Source: Stylophora pistillata
Lineage: Eukaryota
Reading direction: 5' to 3'
Length of the DNA: 64,000 nt
Assembly (NCBI RefSeq): GCF_002571385.2
Contig: NW_019217876.1
Location: 470,415 to 534,414, forward strand
The first letter of the stretch is position 1. Each line of letters begins with the position of its first letter. Below, one piece after another: positions 47,076 to 64,000 of the stretch. The translations under genes were made by a program, and so were the position numbers. The notes below the pieces were generated by a model. It saw nothing but the letters and a program-made list of their open reading frames with translations, was not told the DNA's origin and made no database searches.

Positions 47076-50000
47076 ATGTTCGGGAAACCTCGATCGTCTC
47101 TACCGGTGGCCGGAAGAACTGGCATTCCTGTTAAAAGAACTACACCAGCAACTCCAGCAGCGCGATCGGCGACATTGACTGCGAATTCTAGCTTACCAGT
47201 ACCTTCAAAGGTGAGTGAAAACTTATCAAAAGGACTTTTTGTGAAGTCGACCTCGTGAAATCCTTGTGATCGTTACATGAAAGTCAAGTTGTAGCTTACT
47301 TGACAACGGACAAATCGTAAGCTGTGTAAATAATAATACATAACTTCACATGATGTGTCCAGGTATTTACAAATAAAATTCGATAATTTTCTGTCCTCTT
47401 GTGCTGAGGCACATTGATCAGCACCCGCTCGCATACAACTGTTGAATATGGCGAGACGATTCCGTGGTGTTTCAGAGTTAAATGCGAATGTCGCTTTCGT
47501 TTTTTACGGAAATCGTATTTCACCAACAATCAGTTAACTAGGAACCGACTTTCTTACCAATATTTTGTGAAAAATATACACATTCTGTGATTTTTAAGAA
47601 AGGACAGATGTTTTACCAGTTTTCCTCCAATAAATCATTACCGAGATAATGATTTGAGGAGACAAATCAAACATCGGTAATTTGTAGAAATGAGTCAACA
47701 CGACGCCGAGAGGTTGTCACGCAAGATTCAAGATTATCAAATATCAGGGACGTTTGTATTTTATCCACTTACAATATCTCTGTAATAAACTACCCCATTC
47801 AGTTTTCTTGCTTTTGAAAGATAACGTGAGAAGTCTCATTGCTTTTTCGAGTCTGAAAAAGATGCTTTTCTAAAATTAGAATTTTAGCTACTCACACAAC
47901 AGTTTGACAATATTGAGAACATTTACTCTGAGACATTTTATCTCTTAGGGAAATTAACTTGTTTTCTGAAACCCTTCTTATATGCAGCCAAACGGAAGCA
48001 AAAATTCTGGGTCGGAACTTCCTAACGACCCTAAACTTCTTGCTGAAATGGTGTTAAACCTGCAAAAACAGGTACAAGAAAAAGACGATGCTCTGAAGGG
48101 GATCAGTGAAAAGTTGTCACGCAAGTCAGAAGAATGCGAAAGCTTGATGGAAGAGCGTGACATGATGAGGAGTAAAAATTCCTTTGACTTGCAACAGGTG
48201 AGGAGTCAGTTGTAGTTCTGCTCGTCTCGTAAGTGACAGAGTTCTTCGGCGATAGAATCCTGGAAACAACTCTTTAGCCATTTATTAGTCAAGCAGGGAA
48301 ACAATTAGGCAGGGCTTTGCGCAAAACCCTAAGTTTAATTCCTGATTGTAAAACAGATTTTTGTTTTTCGATATAATTGGTCTTGCCTTGCCTTTACCTG
48401 CGGGTATTTGGTGCCTACTTTTAAGATTCTTCTGCTATATTCTCAGCCATGGAGCCACTTTTTCTTTTAATTGTCATACACGTTTGAGCTGCTCGTTTCG
48501 CAAGGACCCTGGAAATAGAATGTCAAAGAAAGGGAAAAATCTTGATCATCACAGATAAGTATTGCACTTGCTTCGACCTGCCAGACAATATTTCGATTTC
48601 TATGCTAAATAGTACTTTTACTGACCGTTTCCCAGTAGTAGAGATATGTCAAAAAGGCATACACAACAGCACCCTACTATTAAAAGATCCTTCAAAGACC
48701 TTGGATGGCCCATTATGCTTCGCGCTTTCGAGCTATTCAAAATCACCATGTAGCCTGATGTAACACATCATTTGCCTTTGGAAATTCTACAGTTCATTAG
48801 ATAAATTGTCAATCTTTTTTTCCTATTCGTCAACGAAATTGCCTTGCTAAGACAGAACCCCCGATCTGCCGCAGCTGGACTTGTTTAGCAAGTTTTCAAA
48901 CCCAGAACAGCAACGAAGAAATTTCTTTCTTATTGCAGGTTAGCGAGGACCAAGATGCCCTTCAGGAAACACTGAAGAAAAAAGACAGATACATACAAGA
49001 AATGGAGGCACGGCATAGAGGAGAAACTTTGGAACTCAAAAGAGAAATCGAAGAGCTGAACAGGGAAAATGAAATCGAGGTAGAAATGTTAAAGAAAGAG
49101 ATGGAGGACTTAAAGCTGAGGGAGGAGCGTTGGAAAAGAGTCGCCGACTTAAAGAAAGAATCTGATTAGGACTCAAGTGACGTGGGATCACGTGATCATT
49201 CACCTGAAGTCGAGGCTCTTAGGGAGCAGATGGCTTCTTTACAGAGTAACTATGAAGATGAGATCTCTGTGCTCAAGGAGAAACTTCAGACCCAGATTGC
49301 TAAGAAAACCGAGGCGGCCGAAAAAATAGAGCAGCAAGAATTTGAATTTCAGGAGAAATTAAGCGAGCTAAAGAGTGCGAATGAGAGCGAAAAAAATGAG
49401 CTTCGGACGGAGCATCATGTGGAAATGGATAAATTGAAAAATGAGTATGATGCAAAACTGAAAGAACTGGAGACCAGTGCTTATTCTTCCACGGATTTTC
49501 CTCAAAAGAAGCAATACGAAAACCTGATTGACCAGTTACAAGAACAGGTTACAGATTTGACTAGTCAGATGGAAACCAGCGAGGCTCAAATGGCGCAGGA
49601 CCTGATAATTATGAAAAATGAATTTGAAACGCAGTTGGACGAATCGAAGAGTGCGTTTGAAAGCGAAAAGGAGAAACTCGAGAGAACCATATTGGAGCTC
49701 AGAAATCAAGCCGAAGACATGAACGAAAAGCATGCTAGAGATATCGAACAAATGGAGGAGGTTTTCAGAAAAGAAAAGGAAGAGATCAGAAATACATCTC
49801 AAGAGATCGAGACTAAAGCTAAAAATCTGGAGGCAATGCAAAGTAAGATTGAAGTGTACGAGAATGAAATAAAGGAGTTGAAAGAAAGTCTCCAAAATGA
49901 GAGACTTGAATTTGTCGAAGCGCGTGATTCTCTAGAGGGTAAGATTGCAGATCACGAAAAGGAATTTGAAGAAAAGGTAGAAAGGCTTAGAGAGGAAATG

Positions 50001-53000
50001 AAAGAAGAAGAACAAATGAAACTAGACAAGGTTGTCTCAGACTACGAACAGCGCCTACAGGAAGCTGAGAGAAGCTACCTTGAAGGGAAAGAAGTCGATC
50101 GAACAAATCAAGAACTTCAGTTAGAGGTGAATTCAATGAAAAGGCTTCATGAAAGAGAGATTGAGCGACTTCATGAGAGCTTAGAGACTCTGCAGGCTGA
50201 GAATGAGGGTCTCAAAAGAGAATACGATTTGGTAGTGAATGATCTCAATAATGAGCTGGACAATTCAAAGAAACCGGAAAATCCGCAAATGGAGAAGATA
50301 AATGACAATCAAGTGGAGGAAACTCGGACACTAGTAGGAGATGTAGAATCCTATAAACAAAAGGTTACAGAGCTGGAAAGTGAAATTCAAAGATTAAAAG
50401 GTGCAGATGAGAAACAGTTAGAGATTGATATCGATTTGCAAACCAAGACAGCCAAGCTTGAGTATGAACTAGAGGTTGTGAGAGAAGCAAACAGCAACAA
50501 CGAAGCAGAACTACAAGAATGTAGAGCAAAGATTTCAAACCTCGAGCAACAATTAGAACTTAGCAAAAGTACTCATGAAGAATTTCCCAATCAAAATGAA
50601 AATCACATCTCGAAAATATCAGATCTTGAGAGTCAGCTTGATCATATTAAGAAGGAATTGGCCAATTCTGAAGCCCAAGTAGAAGAATACAAAACCTCAG
50701 TTGGAATCCTGCGTGACGAGATTGCAAACCTTACCGAAGAAAATCAGAGATTGGGTTCCGAAGTAACCAGCAAAGAAGCGGATCATCAGAAGGTTACTGA
50801 AGAGTTAAAACTGAATGAGGCGCAGATTGCTGATGAAGTTGAAAGAATGCGAGAGACAGTCGCAACTCTAAAAGCTGAGAAACAGGATCTTAACAATACG
50901 TTGGAGTTTCAATCTCGAGAGAACAAGCTTGAGCTTGAGAAACTTACAGAAAAACTCGAACGAATGGAAAATGAAAGCAAAAATGCTAGTGAAGCCCACG
51001 TGGAGTCACAAGGAGTTATAAAAGGGCTTCATGAAAAAGTCGCAAAGCTTAGAGATGACTGCGAGAAATTTAAAAATGAAAAAGCTTTGCTTCTGCAAGA
51101 GGTTCAAGATCTCAGGAAAAGTGCCATGGGAGGGGATGGTGAAAAAGACAGACAAATAGCAGAATACCAAAGTGAGTTAGAAAAGTTATCCGTGAAGATC
51201 GAAAGCCTGGAAAATTACCAAAAACAGGCAGAAATCGAGAAACAGGATCTTCATGAGGAAATTGAAGATCTTCGTCAAGCTCAGAGCGTTGAGCCGATGA
51301 TTACTTTGGCAGCAGTCGACAAAACCTTTGCAGCAAATCCATCGACTGGTTTGGGTCTAGAATACGAGCAGCAGATGAAAGGACTCGCAGAAGATTACGA
51401 AGAAAAAATCGAGAAGTTCGAAAAAGAGCTCGAGGAAGAACGAAGTAAGTCAGCTTCAAAGACAAGGAGGATCGAGTCCATCAACATAGAAATTGAAACC
51501 TTACGCCAAAATCTTGAACAAGAAAGACTCTCTGTTAAAAATAACCAAGAGCGCATAGCTAAAATGCAGGAAAGACACGACGAAGAGGTAAAGAACTTGA
51601 AAGATCAGTTAGCTATAAATGCCGAGAGCAACGAAGATGTAGTTTCCTCGAGCGTAGAAGTCGTAAAGGAGCAGTTAACAACGACAATTAAAACTCTCGA
51701 GGCCGACCTAGAAACAGCACTCCAGGCTAACAGCGAGCAAGCCGAATGCATCACCGACTTGAAGACCCAGCTAGAAAGAGCTCGCCATACCAATTTAGCG
51801 CAAGAAGCGGAAATCACAAAGCTTAGTCAAGAATTTCACGAGTTTCAACAACAACAAATAGCACACGAGGTAAGCATCACTGCGGAACAAGTCATGACGA
51901 GTGAAGGGCATGCCAAAGCGGTCGAAACTCTTCAAACTGACTTGGAAGCTGCTCAAAGATTGCATCAGAAACAACAGGATGAGTTAACCAGACTCAAACA
52001 AGAAATAAAGGAGTTTGAACAGCAACAATTAGCACATGAAGCTAAAAGAACGGCAGAACATCTGACAGTAACTGAAGGGCACGCAAAGGAAGTTGCAGTG
52101 TTAACAGCGGACCTAGACACCGCAAGAGAACTTAACAAAACTCAACAAGAAGAAATAAACGAGCTGAAACAGGAGCTAGAGGATTTTCAGCAACAGCAGA
52201 TAGCACATGAAGCTAATCTTACGTCGGAGCAACTCAAAGTTAGTGAATCTCAAAAAGCGCATCAACAGGAACTTAAAAAGAAAACGAAAGAGGCTACCAC
52301 CTTGAGGTCCCATTTGGAGGAAGCGCAAAGAACGAATAGAAAACAATTTGATGAATTTACAAGAGTTAAAAACGAACGTGATGAGCTTCACAAATCACAG
52401 AAACGTTTCGAAGAGAATTTCCAGCATGAAAGGTTGAAAGCGGACGAGGCAAGCGAACGGAAGATTAGAGCTTTAGAGGAGGAAGTTCGGAGAAAGACAG
52501 AAGAACTATCGAAGCTGTTCTCTGTGCTCGACACAGAACAGAAAGGACGAGAAAGAGTGTTACTAGAGACGGAGAAGCATTTGACGCTCATGCATCAGGC
52601 GGAACAGGACAAAATTAAGTCAGAGAGAATCATCTCTGAGCTGAAGAATGAGAGTCAAGTTCTTCGAAGCGAACTGATCCAAGAGAAAGAACAATTTGCG
52701 CGGTATGTTTCTCAGAGTAAAAAAGCGCAGTCTGATGAGCAAGAGGAGTGCGAGAAGCTCAGCAGGTCATTAACTGAATCTGAGATGGACAAAGGAAAGC
52801 TGGCGGACGAGATAGAAACATGTAAGGATGAATTGAACAAAATGCAGGAAAAGTACGGCAAACTTAAAGAGAAGTTTTTAGCTTTAAAGCAGAAGCGGAA
52901 AGAGGAAAAGGAAAAATTCGACGAGATTCTACTAACGCCGAGACTCGAAATGGGATTACAGACGAGTCTCCTGGAACCTGAAGATCTTAATCAAACTAGA

Positions 53001-55091
53001 GAGCAGCTCTCGTCATCGATGAGAGAGCAAGGTCGGCTCGAAGAGGAGTTAGAAGTTCTTCAGAGAGATATCTATAAAAAGAAAACTGAAATTCAAGCTC
53101 TAAAAAGAGCCAATGAAGTACTGAGGAGGCAAAATCAGGTTCTGTATCTCGAAACGGAGAGCCTGAGAAGATCAGGTCATACAGAAGGAGTTGACGTTCC
53201 CGGAATCCAAAAAGAGAATGAAAAGTTACTGCAAGACAAAGAAAATCTGGAGATAGAAAATCAATATTTAAAAGAGGCTTTAGTCGTAAGAGAAAAACAG
53301 GAGGAAGAAAGCAGAGAAAAGGAGAGTTTGTCGGATGACTTTTCAGAGACTGAGTTACGGGATCTGAGGGAGAATCAAGCGCGAATTGAACAGGAAAACT
53401 CAAAGTTAAGTGAAGAAAACGAATTTTTGCTAAAACAGGGTAAGCATTTACAATCTCAAGTCGATCAACTGGAGGACGAAGTTCAAAGGATGAAGCGTGA
53501 AACTCCTATGACTTTAACACCAGCAAACGAGGGTCGGTCTCAGCCTCTCGCCAGCGAACTGATCCAAAGTGAACCTGGACACCAGTTGAACGTGGAGTCA
53601 TCGCTTGGCTCTTTCACGGATCCTTCATTAAATACTTCCCCTGAAGCCCAGAGGTTTGTAGAGGAAAATCAACGAATTAGAGAACAGATGCTCGTATTAC
53701 AAGGACGTTTAAGATTAAAAGAGAACGAACTTCAAGACAAGAACAGTTTACAAACTGGAGCAATGGACGATTTGATCAACGAGAGGCAAGTTCTTCTTTC
53801 ACAAATCGACTCGATGAAGGGAGAGCTCGAGAGGTATGGAGAGAAAGGATTCGCTGGACAAAAGGTAAATATTCTAATCAGACATCTCATTTACAAATTC
53901 AAAATTCATATTTTAGTATTATTTTCACTTGAACTAGCTGAAGGTTCAAGTGAAAAGAAGTTGATAATTATTGTATTAATGCGTTCTCTTTCTGTGCTCT
54001 CATATACCTTACGTAAGCTTTTTTTAGGAGGTCGCCTACTTTACAAAACGAGTGACACATCGTCTAAAGCTGTCTTCTGCGTAATACATCAACGTGTTTG
54101 AAATCCTTAACGCTCAAGAACGTCTAAAGTGCACACACTTTCTGACTTTCTGTGTTTTCTAATTTTTATCTACGACTTTTCGGCGCCTATTTCGACCCAT
54201 TACGTAATTTTACACGAACATGCAGCGGTATATATCCGCCTAAGGTTAGATAAGGCTGGTTCCCAAGCGTAGGGTAAGGGTGGCGCCGAGTCTCGTACCC
54301 CAGATACAGTTACACGATAGACGGGGCCCCTATCATATCACAGTGGTAAAGGGAGGATCGACACGTTTTCGATTTGATCCTAGGGCCACGCCTTGATCAG
54401 AGGACAAGTGAAATGTTATCATTGGGTATAATCCTAACTACAAATGTGCGTTGTAGGATTTTCAAATAACGATATTAATAGTAAGGATTCATTATTTATC
54501 ACAACTCAGTGTACTTTGCGAGTTTGTGTAAATATCTATATAGATTGTGAAGTTGCGAAGTTTGAGGATGCTCGAATAGAAGATCTGAGGGAACGTCGTC
54601 GCTGCCGCAAAGAACGTATACTAGCACAGGGTTGCTATCCATGCCACAAGTGTCCAAAAGTTTGCCACTCTTATATTGGACTAGTGAGTCATCTCAGAGC
54701 TCACGACCGCAAGGGAGAATAAACTACATTGTTGTATGCTTCAAAACCTGGATCTGTCGGTCGCGACAGCCAAACCAAACCAACCCAACCAGCTATATAG
54801 ATATAATCCAAGAATACTTATCAGCTCAAAATATATTGGTTGTTTGTGGTAATAACGTACTCTGTAATGCTTATTTTACAGCTTGCTGACTGGGATACAA
54901 ACCAGAGGGAAGATGCTGCCAAGGAAAATGTAGGATCACCCCAGTCTTTCACACAAAGAACTATTCAGATTCCGCTCTCGGGATTTCCCGTTTCTAATCT
55001 TCAAACCTATGATTTTAATGAGGACAATTACCTTGGATCTGCTTACTGGGAAGCTACGAAGTTTCTCGACAGATTACAACAAGTCAACTAA
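47076..55091 (+). CDS. Large coiled-coil protein (~1826 codons) with N-terminal SxIP-like motifs; one in-frame TAG at 49167-49169
   Basis: Exons 47076-47210, 47988-48197, 48939-53864 (4926 nt) and 54882-55091, all phase-0 GT-AG. E/K/Q/L-rich heptad sequence. ORFs 48933-49169 and 49182-54101 share a reading frame. Confidence 0.8.
54546..54792 (+). mobile_element. 5'-truncated LINE (RTE-like) 3' end in an intron
   Basis: C-terminal CHKCPKVCHSYIGLVSHLRAH zinc-finger motif, (ccaaa)n tail, TSD ctatatagat at 54536-54545 and 54793-54802. Confidence 0.75.
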
Positions 55092-58000
55092 CAGCCGGCT
55101 GTTATCCGTTCATTAGTATTACTATAACTTTTTAAAAGGTTTATTTCAGAGCTTTGTTGGAATAGCGCGAAGTGCACATTCAGAAAGTCGCTTGAATACT
55201 CTCAGCTTTTTATTGCTGAATTTGTTTTTTCCACAATCACTGGTTTGTGGTTGCTATTAACAATTGCTTAAAGCACAATTTTCACGACCTTTATCGTTCA
55301 ACTCTCCGTTTCAGAAATATTCCTTTGTTATTCGATGTAGAAAGAGTTCACAACTTGATCAGATAAAGGAAAGATTCAATTTTGGTTAAATAAATTTATA
55401 ATTTTCTTAGTTATATTTGTAATGGAAAAGGCCGTGTAGTAAAGATTGGTAATCCTCTATTTCTCCTCACTCTTTTGCAAACGTAGTTACGGCCGTTGCG
55501 CGATATGTTTACCCCAGTTATGGCTCTGATAGTTTAACGCACCGGATAACCTATTCCCTTTAATTTTGGTTTACAATTACTTTAAGGTTTGATCAATTTC
55601 CTCTTTACAAGCTCATATATTAACCAAGGGTAAGGCAGGTGACTCATCTGCGTAACAATTAACCATTTGGACTAGCTAATTGTAACTAGCTCGACTTTCA
55701 TTGCACCCAAAAGCCTTGAAGGGATGGGTCATTTATATTCTCCTTTGCCGCAGTTCAGAACTTTGGATTACATATCAAAGAACGATAAAGGAGACAAGTG
55801 TATTGTCTGCCAGGATAAGACCCCAGAGTACAGCCTTTTACCCTTCGCCCGCCCATTACACTTGGTTCTACATTGCCAGCGTTAGGGCTTTTAAGGATTT
55901 GCTACATCCGATTTGTTGATAATGAGTTTACAAAGCACACCCCATCCAAACCCATTTTCGCGCTCTTAAGTGAAGCCCTTAAACCTCAATCACCCTATCA
56001 CCAGTATGCATATTCTCCCTACTGTTCTGTATACATTTTCTGTGGTAATGATAACGAGAAATTGTTTAACAATCAAGAACTTCAAAGCTGGTTGACGTTT
56101 CCTTCATTCTCATTTCTAACTGAATGTGCGAGTATCATGTAAAGTTTGATTGTGTCAATTGACAAATTAATGATTATGGGTGGATTTACAAACGAAACCA
56201 AGTGAATAATACCCAAGTTGACAGAAAGATTGATTGATTGCTTGCTTGCTTGTTTAAAAGATGACATGGTTAAAGTACCACTGACTAATGGATCCATTGA
56301 ATGAGTGAATGTATCGTGTAAAGTTGGATTGACGGACATGATAAATCAATGTTTGAGTGGATTCACTCACATAAACCAAATGAAACATGGATAGAATGAG
56401 AGGATCGATTACTTGATTGTTAAATAGATGAAGATGGTATAACTATCACTGATCGGTTGATAAATAGAGTCAGTGAAAGTATCACGTAAAGTTTGCTTGA
56501 TTAATGGATTGATTAACAGAATTAATTACAAATTAGATCCCTACTCTGCAGACGGATGGCAACAAAGACCCATAACAGGCTTGTTTGATGGATGAAGTAT
56601 GGTAGAACTAAAACTAATTGATTATTTGATTGATGGGGTAAAAGAATGTATCACAACAATCAGTCTGATGAATTAGGTTTTTAAGTAATCATCATTGGTA
56701 GTTTTACCACAAAAACCAAATGAATAACATGTATATAAGGATTGGGGAAAGTTAGGCAGAATGATTGATTTCTTGTGTAGCTGTATGATTAACAGATGAT
56801 TTAATGCACAGATGACTTCTAAGACCCTGTTAATGCCCAAGTGGCAAATGGAAGTCAAGTGCCCCAGGGGCTGCAACCACAGTCACACCCGAGGAACTAG
56901 AACACCCGACCTGCCTGCCCAACCTGCAACCCAGCCAAGATGCCAACAAGCAACCGGCTTGGTGGAAGAAAAATAAAGAAACAAATAAATAAGTGAATAA
57001 AAATATAACCATGCAGGTAAAAACCCCTGGAAAAAAAAAAGCAATTGGCTATGAGAACGTCTAGAAACTATCCTCAAGGATGACAACACCACGCCCCAGT
57101 ACACCCAACACAATGCATGCACATGGGAGACCAACACATACACTGATAAGGAGAACCACTGGACAAGGACCTCTCCAGGCCACCAACAACCACATGGTCA
57201 CTGCAAACACTGCCAAACACACACAAATGCAGTGCAAACACTAACAGAGGGTTAATATGCTAACATTACGCCAACAAAATGCTACTAACCAGATTAGCTT
57301 CTGGTCTTTAACTACTTTAAATTCCATTTAACAACATTATATGCAGCAGTTATTGAAGGGAACAACACTTTATTTATTACATATCACCGATCCTAGCTAA
57401 TGAGATAATTTGAAGAAAGTTTTCCTTAGTACTGTAATTGTGTTCTCATTCTTACTTCAAAAAAGGTATCACCTCTACTTACAATGTTTTATTTTCTACA
57501 ATTTACAATTAAAGCTTACTACAAAAAGAATAAAATTCCTCATAGGCTTCATCCACAGCACATGGCTGGGCAAATATTTGGGGAAAGACAAGATATGAGT
57601 ACCTTGTTTGCCTTTCAGAGAAGCAAGTAATGGTGTTCCCTGTATACATTGCAGGGAAAGAAAACAAAGGCAGCTCTTTAAAGAAACAGAGGAAAATACT
57701 ACATTAATTTATTTTGATTTGGCAGGAAAGGGGGCAAAGGCAAGCAAAGATTCAATGTTAAGAAGAAACTCATATAGAACATAGTTACGACTAGCAATGT
57801 AAATACAAAGTGATCCAAACACTCCTCAAATAAACATGTACTTTACAGTTTAAAAACAAACCTGAAGTCATTTTCAAATGGAACTGATCACCCCAATCAG
57901 TGCACCCCAGGATCAGTGAAGGACATTTAATAACTACCTGCTTTTATCACAGGCAGGTTATGTAAAATTTCACATTCAAGTGAAGCCCAAAATAATAAGC

Positions 58001-58157
58001 ACTTTTATAAGAGCTGGAACAATGTGTCACTCATAAAAAAAAAAAAAAAGGCGAAGTTTGCCTGGTGGTGCTTAATTTCAGATCATACTAATCATCCTGA
58101 GGAAGAGAAATTTCATAATTTCATAAACATACATACATATATGAATAAATTGTATTC

Positions 58158-58162
<5 letters not shown>

Positions 58163-58203
<41 letters not shown>
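58163..58203. repeat. (TG)n microsatellite
   Basis: About 20 TG units. Confidence 0.95.
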
Positions 58204-58205
<2 letters not shown>

Positions 58206-58287
58206 AGGCATACATGTACATAAATTGTATATCTACATGCAAGTTGTAAAATAAAGAGGAAAGCATCAATCTAAATTAGTTAATTTT

Positions 58288-62989
<4,702 letters not shown>

Positions 62990-64000
62990 CTGAAAAAAAA
63001 AAAAAAGGATTTACACCTTAAGTCCCATGAGTGACCAAGACAGAATTTCTCATTACAATATCGATACAATATCGATACAATTTCAAGTAGACAAGTAATG
63101 AGAATGTACAAAAACAAATCAGTGGATTATTGGTTGATCCAATACCAAATTCTCTGAACTAACATCATTAGAATTGTATAGAAAACAGCAACAAGAATTA
63201 TCAATGAGATCTTAGAAGTCAAAGGGTTAACTATAAAATATCCAAAAAATGTACAATACAGTGTAATCAGACTGGTTCTAAAAACCAAAGACCTCTAATG
63301 CTTTGAAGAGGTGCATTTGCAGATGAAAACAAAAAAACTATGATATGGTACAAGTCATCAGTCAGGGTTAAGCTGTCATTTCAAGGAAAAATAGAAAATA
63401 GAGAAAACAACTTCATTACATTTAAAGGTTGAGGGCTAGGGAGAAAGAGTAGAGTTAGAAATCATGTGCAACCCTTCAAGCTGAAAAAAATAATGCTAAT
63501 TAGACAATACAGTGTTTCTGTCGAGGAACTATTGGCTGATAAGTTGCCCTGTGGAAATTTGATATTCTTAAAACAAATATTTGCCAAAAAAATGAAGCTT
63601 CGAGGGCAAATATGCTAGTTTTAAGAACATCAAATTAAAAAAAGGCAACTATCAGAGCGATAGTTCCGAGACATAAACACTCTATTGTTTTTATTGTTCA
63701 CCACTAAATTTTCTTCCACGCTTACAGCTTGCCACAAAAAAAAAAAATTCACAACCGTACATTGGCTAAATAATACATTTGATCAGGAGAAAAAAATGTT
63801 GCGTTACATTTATGGTATTTTTAAAATGAGTGACAGGGATCAAATGTCAAGTACTTTAACTTTGTTCGAGATTTTGCCTTGTGAAGATCGAGTATTTGCC
63901 AAGGAGGTTTTGTCCTTAGTCAGAATAAAGTAAAACTTTGAGAAAAAAAACAGATTTATTAAGTCATTCTTAACAACGTTATACCTGTCAGAAAAAAAAA

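Noticed and set aside
49536-53403. Antisense ORFs within the coiled-coil exon
   Set aside because: Shadow ORFs caused by codon bias on the sense strand.
53865-54101. C-terminal 78 aa of the 1639-aa ORF
   Set aside because: Composition changes abruptly after a good donor (AAG|GTAAAT); read-through into the intron.

Overview
AT-rich, intron-containing animal DNA. The repeat types suggest an anthozoan, probably a stony coral (inference). The main discovery is mostly invisible in the ORF track because it is split into short exons: a tandem family of about 10 small secreted cysteine-rich prepropeptide genes in two sub-clusters (1-19.4 kb and 35.3-46.8 kb). Each has three exons with phase-0 introns and encodes a signal peptide, an acidic or charged propeptide ending in a basic cleavage site, and a 10-12 Cys domain with colipase/prokineticin/Dickkopf-CRD2 cysteine spacing. 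Three copies look intact; the rest are partial or broken by frameshifts, stops, a splice lesion or TE insertions. Three divergent members share a C-terminal EPGSGD tail that matches a glycosaminoglycan-attachment consensus. Between the sub-clusters, a divergent promoter with about 8 NF-kB-like sites (two overlapping TCF/LEF motifs) separates an RCHY1/Pirh2-like RING gene with a split CHY finger from an orphan, possibly myristoylated protein gene. To the right are a ~1826-codon coiled-coil gene with SxIP-like motifs and one in-frame stop, and the 3' nine exons of an acyl-protein thioesterase (LYPLA) gene. There are many TEs (Harbinger, Academ-like, Kolobok-like, Gypsy, LINE tails, MITEs) and one assembly gap. 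All gene models were assembled by hand from GT-AG signals and frame continuity and are not validated by transcripts.
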